Assembly (NCBI GenBank): GCA_002269645.1
Contig: NIVC01004027.1
Span: forward strand, 1 to 33,669
Source: Macrostomum lignano
Lineage: Eukaryota
DNA length: 33,669 nt
Direction of reading: 5' to 3'
Shown: positions 1-12,346 of the stretch, in pieces
How positions within the stretch are numbered: position 1 is the stretch's first letter
Layout: each line of letters opens with the position of its first letter
Made by a program: the position numbers and the translations under genes
The notes under the pieces: generated by a model
What the model was told of the DNA's origin: nothing
Databases searched by the model: none
What the model saw: only the letters and a program-made list of their open reading frames with translations

Positions 1-510
1 TCCGGAAACAGCGAGGAGGCGTTGCCGCCCATTCCGCTAACCCCTGGCGACCACGGGCAGCTGGTGCTGCGGTGTCGCGCAGGGAGTTCCGGTGGTGCCG
101 GTGTCCGCAGCGCGGCCCCACGGAGAGTCCAGGAGTGATTGTCGCTCGCCGGTAGCCCTTAGGTAGCGGAAGAGCTGGCAGAGATTCTCGGGCCTGAAGA
201 AGTCGGAGAGGTCCGGGTTTGGCCGAGGTAGGTGAGCCTGTCCTGAGTAAAGGCGGGGCATTCACAGATAAAGTGCTCCGCATTCTCGACACCGGAGAGG
301 CAGAAAGGGCATTCCTCGCTGCGAATTTTTCCCTGGAGGTATTGTAACGATGCCTGGCAAAACAGCCATGACCGAGAGGGCCATGGTTACCGCCCTGATG
401 TCCTGCGGTTGAGTCCAAGCAGGGCCCTGCGCAGGGCGGAGGAAGGACAGGGACAGCCGCGCGGGATTGCCGGCAGTCGGGGGCGTTAGCCCACCTCTCG
501 CTGTGCTAGG
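1..510 (-). mobile_element. Degenerate non-LTR retrotransposon (LINE) ORF2 C-terminal fragment, 5'-truncated
   Basis: Manual minus-strand translation across frameshifts gives ERWANAPDCRQSRAAVP..LRRALLGLNRR(D)IRAVTMALSGHGCFARHRY..LQGKIRSEECPFCLSGVENAEHFICECPAFTQDRLTYLG..LFRYLRATG. This matches the GH..H / CxxC-x7-H-x4-C zinc knuckle and terminal helix pattern of I/R1/Jockey-type ORF2 ends. Confidence 0.75.
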
Positions 511-897
511 GCGTCAGTATAGTTGTCAGTATAGCTGTCAGTATAGGCATCAGCCTAGCAGTCATATGAAGCTGGTCCAACCTACGCGAGAATGATGTGA
601 GAAGTCCTCTCAGCACTGAGACTCGAATCGACCCAGCTGATCAATAAACTCGCCGTTGCGAGCAGCAGCTCATCTCTTGAAAATCGAAAACCGAAGAAAG
701 CAGAAATGGCTCGTCCTCGGCAGCTGCGCTTCCTGCAAATCCAAGGCTCTTCAAGTAAAAAAACAGGGTCAATAATCAATCAGAGCTTTTCTAAATCACA
801 ACTCGTCAAAGCAAAAAGTGTTTGAGAAATAATTAAATCAATTTTGTGGAAAAGTTGCCGACTTTCAGAAATCGAGACTGCGCGCTTCTGCACTCAA

Positions 898-1690
898 GGC
901 GCCTCTCTCCGTCTATCATGGCGCCTCTCTCCGTCTATCATGGCGCCTCTCTCCGTCTATCATGGCGCCTCTCTCCGTCTATCATGGCGCCTCTCTCCGT
1001 CTATCATGGCGCCTCTCTCCGTCTATCATGGCGCCTCTCTCCGTCTATCATGGCGCCTCTCTCCGTCTATCATGGCGCCTCTCTCCGTCTCTCATGGCGC
1101 CTCTCTCCGTCTATCATGGCGCCTCTCTCCGTCTATCATGGCGCCTCTCTCCGTCTCTCATGGCGCCTCTCTCCGTCTCTCATGGCGCCTCTCTCCGTCT
1201 ATCATGGCGCCTCTCTCCGTCTATCATGGCGCCTCTCTCCGTCTATCATGGCGCCTCTCTCCGTCTATCATGGCGCCTCTCTCCGTCTCTCATGGCGCCT
1301 CTCTCCGTCTCTCATGGCGCCTCTCTCCGTCTCTCATGGCCTCTCTCCGTCTATCATGGCGCCTCTCTCCGTCTCTCATGGCACCTCTCTCCGTCTCTCA
1401 TGGCACCTCTCTCCGTCTATCATGGCGCCTCTCTCCGTCTCTCATGGCACCTCTCTCCGTCTCTCATGGCACCTCTCTCCGTCTATCATGCGCCTCTCTC
1501 CGTCTATCATGGCGCCTCTCTCCGTCTCATGGTGCCTCTCTTCATTTCTCATGGCACCTCTCTCTGTCTCAATGGCGACTCTCCCAGTCTCATGGCGCCT
1601 CTCTCCGTCTCTCATGGCGCCTCTCTCAGTCTCATGGTGTCTCGCTGTCATTCATGGCGCCTCCCCGTCTCTTTGTGGCGTCTCCCAGTC
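898..1690. repeat. 22-bp minisatellite (GCCTCTCTCCGTCTATCATGGC)n, about 35 copies, decaying at the right end
   Basis: Directly visible tandem units. It explains ORFs 844..1779, 846..1700 and 962..1693. Confidence 0.97.
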
Positions 1691-2030
1691 TAAGTTATAA
1701 AAACAACTGCTTGAGCTGCAGAAAGCAGGTAGTAAACAGTAAACATGAGGCACACATTGTTGGAGAAATGTCACCTTAAGCTATTAATAGCTCGTAAATC
1801 GGCAGCCGCGGGCAGTTGAGTTGAGTAATTAAACAGCACTGCCTTGGCACTGCAGACACGGCAGACAGAAACATCAGCCTCCTCTCATTAAATAAACGGC
1901 GTTCATGCAGAGATATGCTTTGTCTGACGTGACCCTCACCCTGCCAAGACAGTTCTGAGATTTGCCGTCTGCGGCTGTATCGGGAGTGGCTTCGGTGTTT
2001 TTTAAACTGAGGAAGCTAAAAACATGGCAG

Positions 2031-3624
2031 GTCTCTCACCCACTGCCTCATCTCTCACCCACTGCCTCATCTCTCACCCACTGCCTCATCTCTCACCCAC
2101 TGCCTCATCTCTCACCCACTGCCTCATCTCTCACCCACTGCCTCATCTCTCACCCACTGTCTCATCTCTCACCCACTGCCTCATCTCTCACCCACTGCCT
2201 CATCTCTCACCCACTGTCTCATCTCTCACCCACTGTGCCTCATCTCTCACCCACTGCCTCATCTCTCACCCACTGTCTCATCTCTCACCCACTGCCTCAT
2301 CTCTCACCCACTGTGCCTCATCTCTCACCCACTGCCTCATCTCTCACCCACTGCCTCATCTCTCACCCACTGTGCCTCATCTCTCACCCACTGCCTCATC
2401 TCTCACCCACTGCCTCATCTCTCACCCACTGTCTCATCTCTCACCCACTCTCTCATCTCTCACCCACTGTCTCATCTCTCACCCACTGTCTCATCTCTCA
2501 CCCACTGCCTCATCTCTCACCCACTGCCTCATCTCTCACCCACTGCCTCATCTCTCACCCACTGCCTCATCTCTCACCTACTACCTCATCTCTCACCCAC
2601 TACCTCATCTCTCACCCACTGTCTCATCTCTCACCTACTACCTCATCTCTCACCCACTGTCTCATCTCTCACCCACTGTCTCATCTCTCACCACTGCCTC
2701 ATCTCTCACCCACTGCCTCATCTCTCACCCACTGCCTCATCTCTCACCCACTGTGCCTCATCTCTCACCCACTGCCTCATCTCTCACCCACTGTCTCATC
2801 TCTCACCCACTGTCTCATCTCTCACCCACTGTCTCATCTCTCACCCACTGCCTCATCTCTCACCTACTACCTCATCTCTCACCCACTGCCTCATCTCTCA
2901 CCCACTACCTCATCTCTCACCCACTGCCTCATCTCTCACCCACTGTGCCTCATCTCTCACCCACTGCCTCATCTCTCACCCACTGTCTCATCTCTCACCC
3001 ACTGTCTCATCTCTCACCCACTGTCTCATCTCTCACCCACTGCCTCATCTCTCACCTACTACCTCATCTCTCACCCACTGCCTCATCTCTCACCCACTAC
3101 CTCATCTCTCACCCACTGCCTCATCTCTCACCCACTGCCTCATCTCTCACCCACTGCCTCATCTCTCACCCACTGCCTCATCTCTCACCCACTGCCTCAT
3201 CTCTCACCCACTGTCTCATCTCTCACCCACTGTCTCATCTCTCACCCACTGTCTCATCTCTCACCCACTGCCTCATCTCTCACCCACTGCCTCATCTCTC
3301 ACCCACTGCCTCATCTCTCACCCACTGCCTCATCTCTCACCCACTGCCTCATCTCTCACCCACTGCCTCATCTCTCACCCACTGTCTCATCTCTTACCCA
3401 CTGCCTCATCTCTCACCCACTGCCTCATCTCTCACCCACTGCCTCATCTCTCACCCACTGCCTCATCTCTCACCCACTGCCTCATCTCTCACCCACTGCC
3501 TCATCTCTCACCCACTGCCTCATCTCTCACCCACTGCCTCATCTCTCACCCACTGCCTCATCTCTCACCCACTGCCTCATCTCTCACCCACTGCCTCATC
3601 TCTCACCCACTGCCTCATCTCTAC
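2031..3624. repeat. 19-bp minisatellite (CATCTCTCACCCACTGCCT)n, about 84 copies
   Basis: Directly visible, with variants TGTCT, TACCT and a TGTG insertion. It explains ORFs 1962..3635 and 2024..3643. Confidence 0.98.
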
Positions 3625-3994
3625 ATGCAGAATGAATTTTTAGCCTGTATTTTTGTGGTTTAGAACACTCCACACCAATTTTTTTTGGATTTCAATCTGG
3701 TGCCAGCCCCAGTCCCAGCCTCGTTTGATTGAAAGTGTCAGAGATTGAAGCAAGGCAATTCTCGGATCATTCAGCAAAGAGCTGCTACGGAAGTTGAGAT
3801 TGGCAGGAAAACACGGCCCCGCCTAATTCGCTCAGGATGAGTGACAGAAGCGGATTTTTTTTTAATAAAAGCAATTCCAATAAATTACATGTGTGATGAA
3901 ACAGGCACTGAAGCACAGAGGACTGCGTGCATCAAGAAAGAAATTATTAGAAGAGTGCAAGATAGGAAAAGGTCTAAGGGGGTTAATGAAGAAA

Positions 3995-4135
3995 GTAGGG
4001 ACAGGGAAGGAGAGGGGAGAGGGAGAGAGAGAAGACAGTGAGGGGAAAGAGATAGAGAAAGCAGGCAGAAAGGAGATGGAGAGAGAGAGGAGAGGGGGTA
4101 GAGAGTAGAGACGGGAGCGGGGGAGAGAGGAGAAA
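3995..4135. repeat. GA-rich low-complexity tract
   Basis: Almost exclusively purines on the + strand. Confidence 0.8.
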
Positions 4136-4189
4136 TCAATGAGAGTCAGAGTGGCGCATCGCGAAGAGAAGCAAAATATGAATGATATT

Positions 4190-4500
4190 TTGCAACAAAC
4201 TCATATTTTACTTGACAATATGTTAAATTGGCTGATTCACAAGCATGCTAGCACTGGAATATTATATTTAAAAAGCCCGAATTTAGGAGGCGGCTTTCTT
4301 CAGGTTACTGGCAGAATAAAGTGGCTGCAGTTGAGACGAAGGGCAGGCATGGCTCATCTGGCCCAACGCCACGCAGAGAACAAAACGCAAATGCAAATTG
4401 CACTGATGAAGCTTGGCTATGATTGGTCAGAGATGCTGACGAAATACCGATTCCAGACTGCCTGCTGCCTTGTGCACTCTTCTCCCTCCCCCTCATTGCA
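4190..4500 (+). mobile_element. Possible decayed fragment of an RLE-type (R2/NeSL-like) non-LTR reverse transcriptase thumb region
   Basis: LDNMLNWLIHKHASTGILYLKSPNLGGGFLQVTGRIKWLQLRR resembles the WL..P....LY.P...GGLG.......L.R pattern that follows the RT domain. This is a pattern impression only. Confidence 0.3.
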
Positions 4501-5053
4501 GCTCTGACTGACCTCTTAGTACGGAGTTTCGTCAGTCAGTCAGACTGGCAGGCGTTTGAGAGGCTCGTGTCGTGTGTGTCCTGCGGCTGCATTTCTAAGA
4601 GTTCTGCAGTCTGCTTCACAATTAAAGCAACGCTTGCATGGTAATTGTGTTGCTAAAGAGTGAAGACCCTATACTTCATCTTATCTAACTGTCTCATGAG
4701 AGGCACCCCATATACGCTTCTAAACACGGCGTATCTTTGTGTTAGCAGAACTGGTACAAAAAATCTACAAAAAATAGTTCTACACCGTAGGGTCGTGACT
4801 GGGAGGGGTGGCGGGCGGGGGTCCAATGTGCGCGCCTGGCTGGATAGGCAGCACACGGGGACTCTTCTGCCCGGGGGGGGGGCCCAGTTGAGGTGACTGG
4901 GGTGAGTCAGCGGGGGGGGGGAGGGAACCAACCCCAAACCCAGCCTGTATCGCTCGGGCCATAAAGAGTCTTGGCTGAACTGGCTGTGGGGGTTCATCAA
5001 GCCATTACAGCTATTTGCGCAGCGCCAAGCGCGATCTCTCTGCTGCCCGAGCC

Positions 5054-7017
5054 ATGGTGAACCCGGAAGCCAACGCCGATCTGCCGCAGTCGCAGGCCGA
5101 GTCGGACAGTCAGGAGGCCGCGGCCGAAGCTCTCGCTCGCAAGGAGGATCAGGATGCTGACGAGGGCACGCCTCTGGTGGAGATCAAGTCGCCAGGGGAC
5201 AAGATCGCCGAGGCCGACGAAACGGGCCAATCGACGTCGAAAAAGCCGACGCCCGACGCCGAATTCAGCTGCCTGACCAAGGAGGACCTGGAGCACTTCG
5301 CCAAGGACCCGTTCTGGCACCGACTGAGGCTGATCTTCTTTATCCTGTTCTGGGCGGTCTGGGCCACCATGCTCGCAGCCGTGGTCGTCATCATCGTGGT
5401 GTCGCCCCGGTGCCCGCCGAGGCCGCCGCGCCAGTTCTGGCAGAAGCCGATCTACCGCCTGTCCGTGAAGGCCTTCGCCCCGGCCTCGGACGCCGACCCG
5501 ACGGCTCTGGGCAGCGTCGAGGGCCTCACCAAGAAGATGGACTACCTGCTCAACACGCTGGGCTTCAACAACTTCATCCTGGACAGCCTGGTGACCGCGA
5601 ACCCACCAGCGGCTGCATCGCCGACTTCAAGGCCTACAACTCCAGCCTGGTGTCTCTGGAGTCGCTGAAAAGCCTGACAAAGCTGGGCCGCAAGAAGGGC
5701 TTCAGCTTCCTCATGGAGTTCGACGCCAGCCAGGCGAGCTCGGCCTGGGGCAGCGGCGCCTTCCTGACAACCGTCGAACCGCAGGCGCCGCTGGCCAGTC
5801 GAGACGGCGGCCCAGCCTGGCGGGACTCGCAGCTGCACCTGCCGAGGAGCCGCTGCCTGTCGTTGAACGTCACAGATGCGCAGGTGGCCGAGAAGATCGA
5901 AGCGGCGCTCAGCTTCTGGCTGGACGCCGGGCTCAGCGGCTTCGTGCTCACCAACGTGGCCTTCATGGCGCCGAGAAGAGCGCCGCCAGCCGACGCGCCA
6001 CCCGGCTTGAACGGCAAAACCTGGAGCGACGCGGACCCGACGGCGCTGCTGTTCAGCAACGACAGCGTGAAATTCGTCCGTCAGATTCGGCAGTTCATCA
6101 ACGCCCAGGCTGAGAAGCGCGGCCGCGAGCTGGCACTGTTCGTGGAGCCCGGCAACACCGGCTTCCCGCAGCCGCCCGACCGCCTGGCTGCCTACCTGGA
6201 CAAGAAGAACGGAGCTCACGCCGTCATCAGCACGGCACTCGGCGCTTCTTTAAGTTCCGCGTCAGCCAAATGGACCTCGCCGAGCAAAGTGGTGCTGGAC
6301 ACCCTGGGTGCCGCCGGGTCCAACGACAGCGTGCTGTTCGCCACCGCCTGGTCGCATCTCCGTCGGCCCAAGGAGTCGCACCTGACCGCGCTGTCCCTGC
6401 TGCTGCCGGGCGTGCCCTGCCTCTACTACGGCCAGGAGCTGGGCATGGCTCACGTGGCCGGCGTCAGTCTGCTAGGCGAAGGTCTGTCCAGCTACCTGTC
6501 GGGCAACGAATCAACGGACGCATCGGAGACGCCGATGCAGTGGTCCGGCAGCGCCGCCAACGCCGGCTGGCTGTCGAACACCTCGGCCAGCCTGGCCTGG
6601 GTGGACCTGAGCCCACGGGCCGCCGACATCGAGCTGCACAACCTGCGCCTGCTCAGCTCGACCGGCCACCCGAAGGCGCAGTCGCAGCTGGAGCTGGTGA
6701 AATCGGTGCTGACGCTGATTGGAGGCAGCGAGTCGCTGCAGTGGGGCGGCATCGAGTTTTTGGCCACTCGTGACGACTCGCTGGTGGCATTCAAGCGCGA
6801 GGCGGAGCGGTTCCCGCCAGTTCTGGTCATCATGAACACCGGAGACAAGGCGGCGACCCTGGGACTCGCCAAGCAGGCCAAGGTGACCACCGGCACGCTG
6901 AAGGTGTTGTACAACGCTGGCGGCGGCTCGACATCCTACGTGAAGGACCAGGAATACAGTCTTGACGTGGTGTTCGTCCCGGCCAAGTCGATTCTGGCGT
7001 TCCTGGGCAAAGACTGA
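5054..7017 (+). CDS. SLC3A2: SLC3A2/4F2hc (CD98hc)-like amino-acid transporter heavy chain, about 654 aa, intronless, one apparent frameshift at about 5600-5604
   Basis: GCCATGG start at 5054. SLC3 N-terminal motif FSCLTKEDLEHFAKDPFWHRLR, one TM helix, and SPRCP (light-chain disulfide Cys). GH13-like ectodomain motifs: DFKAYNSSLVSLESLKSL, FWLDAGLSGF, LLPGVPCLYYGQELG, TPMQW. Joining ORFs 5015..5668 and 5410..7017 needs one extra C at AACCCACC. Confidence 0.88.
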
Positions 7018-10000
7018 CAGCGCTTGAAGTTCGACTGCTAAGGACAGCTAATTATAAGACTTTAACAATGCAGTGCGAGATAGGCAAGGATTCAAGCGAG
7101 AGCACATCCAATTTCAAAAGACCGACTACTTGAATTGCTTGAAAAACAAAAAAATCAAGGAGTGTTCATTCGACTTAATGTTTTCAGTTCTCAGAACGCT
7201 AGCTGTGTTTTTTATTTTCCCATCTTGGTTGTAACGCAGCTAAAATAAAATTTAAGAAATTAAGCGACACGCAAATAAAAGTAAAGGTTGGCATACGATC
7301 TACAAATGAAAATAATTTAAGGAATAAATTAGGCTCGTACTTAGTTTCTATTATTATTTATCTATTTCGGTACCAATTTTAAACTGTTTCGAAAAAATTG
7401 CTGCAAATATACGTTCGTATTCACCGTTAAGAGGTAACTAGAACTTTTTAGCAGCAATCTATAAGAAAATATTAAGCAGACACGTGATTGAAAAAGAACA
7501 AAAGCGCATGTATTGCAGTATTGATAGCGATCAGTTGCCCGTTGCCGTTCATGGTTTCCTAGGTAGGCAGGTTTGCGGGGCGGCGAAGCCACTTTTTTTC
7601 TGGAGCGGGGGGCACTGTAAAGGTTAGGTAGATTGTATAAAATAGGATTGAAACTATAGTAAACGATGAAAATTTGGAAAAAATCATTACGGGTAAATTT
7701 AAGGGGGCACATATGTATATAATTAATTTGGCCGGTATATTAAATTATTTAAACATCCAGAATTTTTTGTAATAGTGAAGTGCACATTTGAGTTTGTAAA
7801 GTTGAAATACGAAAGAGTTTTTTGTTTTGTAGCCATGGAGACGTCAAAAAATATTTGTAAGAGCTAGGATAAAAATGATAAAAAATTATTTTTTTGAAAT
7901 GAAACATAACATTAGATGAACTTTATTAGCAACCGCCGCTGTGTATTAACAAAATCTTATTTAGTTGTTTAAACTTTAACAGATGATAATTTTTTTCTAG
8001 AAATTTCTGGAAAACACGTGCAGAATTTTTTTAGAAATTTGTCTTACGATGAGTGTCTACGTATATAAATCGGTCCAATTTCAAGATTTGTGAAGTCTGC
8101 GAAAATTCATAATATACATATAAAGAATTGATTCATAAGGTCGGATTCTTAGTCCCACTTGTTTTAACTCCTCTGTACCGTAGCCTACAGTAAAATATTA
8201 AGATTCATAAGAGTGGAAGTGGAAAGTCCTTAGCGAAACAAAACTTCGGAGGTCGAGAATACTACTCACTGAGTCACTACTGCTTGTAAATTAGGCCTAT
8301 TCTTGTTGTTACTTGTAAGTAAATCGTTGCATTCGAATAATATTTTTGCAAATACTATAGATCTGATCCTAAATAAATTTACACTATTTTTAGAAAATAG
8401 ACATGATGATTTGTATAAATGAAATGCCCGAATAGTCAGGTTTTTTATTAAAAATTAATGAGTACTATATACATATTATATAGAGTATTGTATGTAGGCC
8501 CACTTTTGATCAAAAGAAATTGTTTATTTATTTTAGTAGACATAAAATTTTGTGCTAGACCTATATCATCTATATGTAAATGTAAATGCCAATGACTTTA
8601 TATGCTATGATAATATCCAAAATGCATTATGGACCCTACACCCACACTTTGGAATTTTACTAGTATACTGAAAATTTCTAGCATACCGTGAGTAATTATT
8701 AGTTTAACTGTTTTAGCATACCACTTTGGTATATGTACCACTCTATAGTATAGTCTAGATCATGCTGGGTGAATATCCAAACAAAAATCAAATAATTACA
8801 AACAATATGCACACCAAAAAATACAGTGCATGCCCATTCCCAAAACTATGCTAGTGTTGCAACAATAAATGACATTTTTATATTGAGACAATAAATGACT
8901 TTTTAAATTGCATAAAAAACTTTTTAGCAGAGAATTTGGTTGATTTTTATAGGCCTACTTTTTTAGTGATACCATTTATATAGCAAAAAATCAATACATA
9001 CAAAGGTTTGTTTAAATGCCTTATTACAAGCTTTAAAAACCCAGGAAGCTTGAAATTTATGCTTAAATGAACTTTAAAAAATCTTTTTTCTACTGAAGAC
9101 TAACCTTTCTATATGATTCTATAAAGTGCAAGCCAAGTGTGCATGCACACTATTTTCTTAAGAGTGATGCATAGCAACTGTGTGTGCCTACTTTTGGCAT
9201 GCAAGGCCAATGCATGCCTAAATTTTTGGGTATATAATACATGATCCAGAGTGTGGGTACCACTTTAAATTCAAGTAAAATTTTAATGCAATCAACCTAT
9301 ACTTACCAAAACTTCAAAACTTTGATAACTTTAGACAAAATAAGGCCCATATATTGTAATAATTTTTCTTTTTTAAGAATACATGCACGGCGGGCCACAT
9401 GCACTATAAGAGTTTCAAAAATTTCTTTTTTTATTTATAATACTAATACTATTAGTAATAGTATTTTTTAAACAAACAAAAAATTCTTTAATTAAAAAGT
9501 TGTTGGGAATTAATGTTTTTGCTCTCTCTAATATATTATAAAAAAGTTTTTGTTTATAAAACATTCTTCAGAAAATTTAAAATTATAATTATCTTTTGTA
9601 AATATAAAAGTGGCATACATTTGGTTTGGTATACCATAATAAAAAAGGTATTTCTAATATACTATGATACCACCATGCTGCACCATCTGAACTATGGCCC
9701 AGACCCTAAACTCACAATGGTATATACATATACTAGAAAATTCTGAAATAGAAATATATAATTTTATAGACTATTGGCAAGTAAAAGGGCCTAGCAACTG
9801 GTGTACCCTTGATATTACTTGGTATATAGAGATGGCTAAGATAGCAGATAGGACCAGTTTTTATATAGACCAAATAGGATAAATTTTTCAGTTTTTAAGG
9901 ATTTGTGTAAAATAGGGGATTCTGAGATTTAATTCTAGAATTTGGCCAATCCTAGGATAAAAAATACAGATTTTTAAGCTTCTGGGTTGAAATTTTAAGG

Positions 10001-10467
10001 CAAAACATGTGCTAAACATATTTTTGCTTCTATTTTTTATTTTTATAGAGATGTTCTTTTTGTATATGAAAAACAGCATTGTCTTGTGACATTTAAGTAA
10101 GTAGTATAAAAGTATTAATCAGTAGTAAAGAAGCTAATCATATATCAAAATTTACATTGGAATAAATTTCACATTTAAATCTATGATGTTGGGTTTAAAA
10201 AGGTGCCGCGCAATGTGAGGAATTTAACAGAAATTAGCACAGTATAATAAGCTAGTTGGGGCATAATTATGTTCATATTACAACACTTTTCAGGATCCTA
10301 GGATTGCAATCCCTACAGTAAAAGTAAAATTTGGACATCTTGTTTCAAAGGATATATGCATATTATAGCTAGAGCAAGGTCCTGTGTAGAATTATTTATA
10401 ATTTTCTGTCCTAATAAAATCCATGCAATTCCAATCCAGGAGTCCCCAGCTCATCAAAGACTGCTAA

Positions 10468-11562
10468 ATGGGCGAGCCCAGACTGCCACAAAATCTGCAA
10501 GGCCTGCTGCGCTTCTGCATGCAAGTCGGCGACAATCCACCAACATCTGCTGATGTGGCCTCCATGGACCCCGAGCGGGCCCGCTGGCTGCAGGAGGCCA
10601 TGGACAGCCTGACCGTGGACATCGGCAAGCAGTTGCGGGAGCGCATCGCCAAGCTGCTGCAGAACGCCGACCCGGCCGCCGACGGCGACTCCGAGGCTGC
10701 AGAGAAATGCCTGGACTGCCTAGAGGAGACCAAGGACCTCTGCGACAACCTGGACGTGGCCAACGATTTCATCAAACTAGGCGGATTGGACGCTGCCGCA
10801 TACGTTTGCCAGCGGTGCGGCGGCCGCTTGCGTTCGGCGGCGCTGCACCTGCTGGCCGGCCTGTTCCAGAACAACCCATTCGCCCAGGTGGCCGGCCTCG
10901 GCTGCGTCCGAGATCTGGTCTGCGCCGTTGGCGACGTCGGTAACAGCGGCGGCGGCTCCGACGATGGCGATGTCCGATTCGCCGCTCTGTCCGCCCTGTC
11001 CTGTCTGGTGCGCGACTGTCCGGCCGCGCAGACCGCCTGCGTCCAGGCCGGCGGCCTCCCCGCCATCGCCGGCTGCCTTCGACTTGGCGACGGCGTCAGC
11101 GACGACCAGCAGCGCCGTCGGCGGCGTCTGCGTCGAAAAGCAGCCTTCTTGCTGGCCAGCCTGGCCGGCGAAGAGTCGGACAGTCTGGCCGACCGGCTGG
11201 CCGACGACAGCGGTGGCGTTGTCGTGGCAAGCCTGATCGACAGCGTGTCGGAGCTGGTCGACGCCACCGACGATGCGAAATCTGCCGACGAAGGCGGCGA
11301 GGATGATGAAGCGGCAGCCGCAGAGAGGCTGGACTGGTTGGAGCACGCGCTCCGCTGCCTGCTGCTGCTGTGCCAGCGGCGGCCCCGCCTGCTGGACAAT
11401 GTCGGTCAGCGAAGCCGCCTGGAAGCCGGTCTGGCATCCCTGCTGAGCAGCCCCAGCCTGCGCTGCCTGCCGGAGCTCGGCGAGCTGGCCGACCGGCTGC
11501 TGGCGCTGAGTCAGCGGCAGCAGAAGACGGATGGCGGCGGCGAGGAGGCTGTAGACAGATAA
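10468..11562 (+). CDS. HSPBP1: Hsp70-binding protein 1 / Fes1-type nucleotide exchange factor (ARM repeats), 364 aa, intronless
   Basis: N-terminal PQNLQGLLRFC and MDPERARWLQEAM. Core DLCDNLDVANDFIKLGG, FQNNPFAQ, VRFAALSALSCLVRD and RRKAAFLLASL match the family. Confidence 0.92.
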   Translation: MGEPRLPQNLQGLLRFCMQVGDNPPTSADVASMDPERARWLQEAMDSLTVDIGKQLRERIAKLLQNADPAADGDSEAAEKCLDCLEETKDLCDNLDVANDFIKLGGLDAAAYVCQRCGGRLRSAALHLLAGLFQNNPFAQVAGLGCVRDLVCAVGDVGNSGGGSDDGDVRFAALSALSCLVRDCPAAQTACVQAGGLPAIAGCLRLGDGVSDDQQRRRRRLRRKAAFLLASLAGEESDSLADRLADDSGGVVVASLIDSVSELVDATDDAKSADEGGEDDEAAAAERLDWLEHALRCLLLLCQRRPRLLDNVGQRSRLEAGLASLLSSPSLRCLPELGELADRLLALSQRQQKTDGGGEEAVDR

Positions 11563-12346
11563 CTGAGATGAAGCAGTCTTCATTTTCATGTACATTATTA
11601 CCATCTACTGCATGGCATCAAGGAATCAAGGATTTGAAGCATTGGAAATATGTTTGAAGGTTATTTTTGAAGCCAAGGCGACCTGTCTGTCTTAAATTTG
11701 CATTGTTTAACCGGTCTCTAGTCTATCAAATTGTGAAGCCACATCGGACCAATCAAAGCGTATGCGGGTTGTCCGAACGGCGAGGTTAAAAATTCCTTTT
11801 TAGCTGTCTTCCTATCTCCTTAGCAAATGGTCCTTGATTCCAGACTATCAATCGCATTGAAATTCAATTTATATCGGCTTCTAGTCCGCCAAAGCTGACT
11901 AGAGTGAATATATTTTTAATCAAAATGTTCAAATCAGCCTACTAGAAGTAGGCAAGTCGCGAGTTTTTTAATACAATAATATATGTAGTTATGCTGTAGT
12001 GAATGCGTCATTAATATTTATTTGGTTGTGCTGCTACTTGTCATACTACTGGTCTTCATCCTACTGATAAAAACTGCTTTCATTCATCCGGGTATAAAAT
12101 TAACCAAGCCAAATGACAGCGCGTGATTTTATTTTTTTTTTACCAAACACTTTCGATTTGACACGAGAAACCGGCGGTGGGTTTCTGCCAGTGGGTTGGC
12201 AGATCTGTGTTTACTATTATTATTGTAACTCGCACTGCATCGAGGCTGAATAAATATGGGACTGAAATGCAAACCCCAAGGGGAGGGCGGTGGCCTGCCG
12301 CTGGTATTCCAGGAAAGTCCGTCTGATGAAGAAGCACCCAGCATCC

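Noticed and set aside
844-3643. Long ORFs of 243-557 aa over the 22-bp and 19-bp arrays
   Set aside because: They are open in all three frames because the units lack stops, the unit lengths are not multiples of 3, and there is no protein-like content.
5590-5615. Programmed -1 ribosomal frameshifting at SLC3 and the other breaks
   Set aside because: No X XXY YYZ slippery heptamer is evident at the sites, and five cases in essential genes are better explained by consensus error.
8600-9270. Possible degenerate inverted repeat or MITE
   Set aside because: Only short scattered matches were seen, and no terminal inverted repeats or target-site duplication could be defined.
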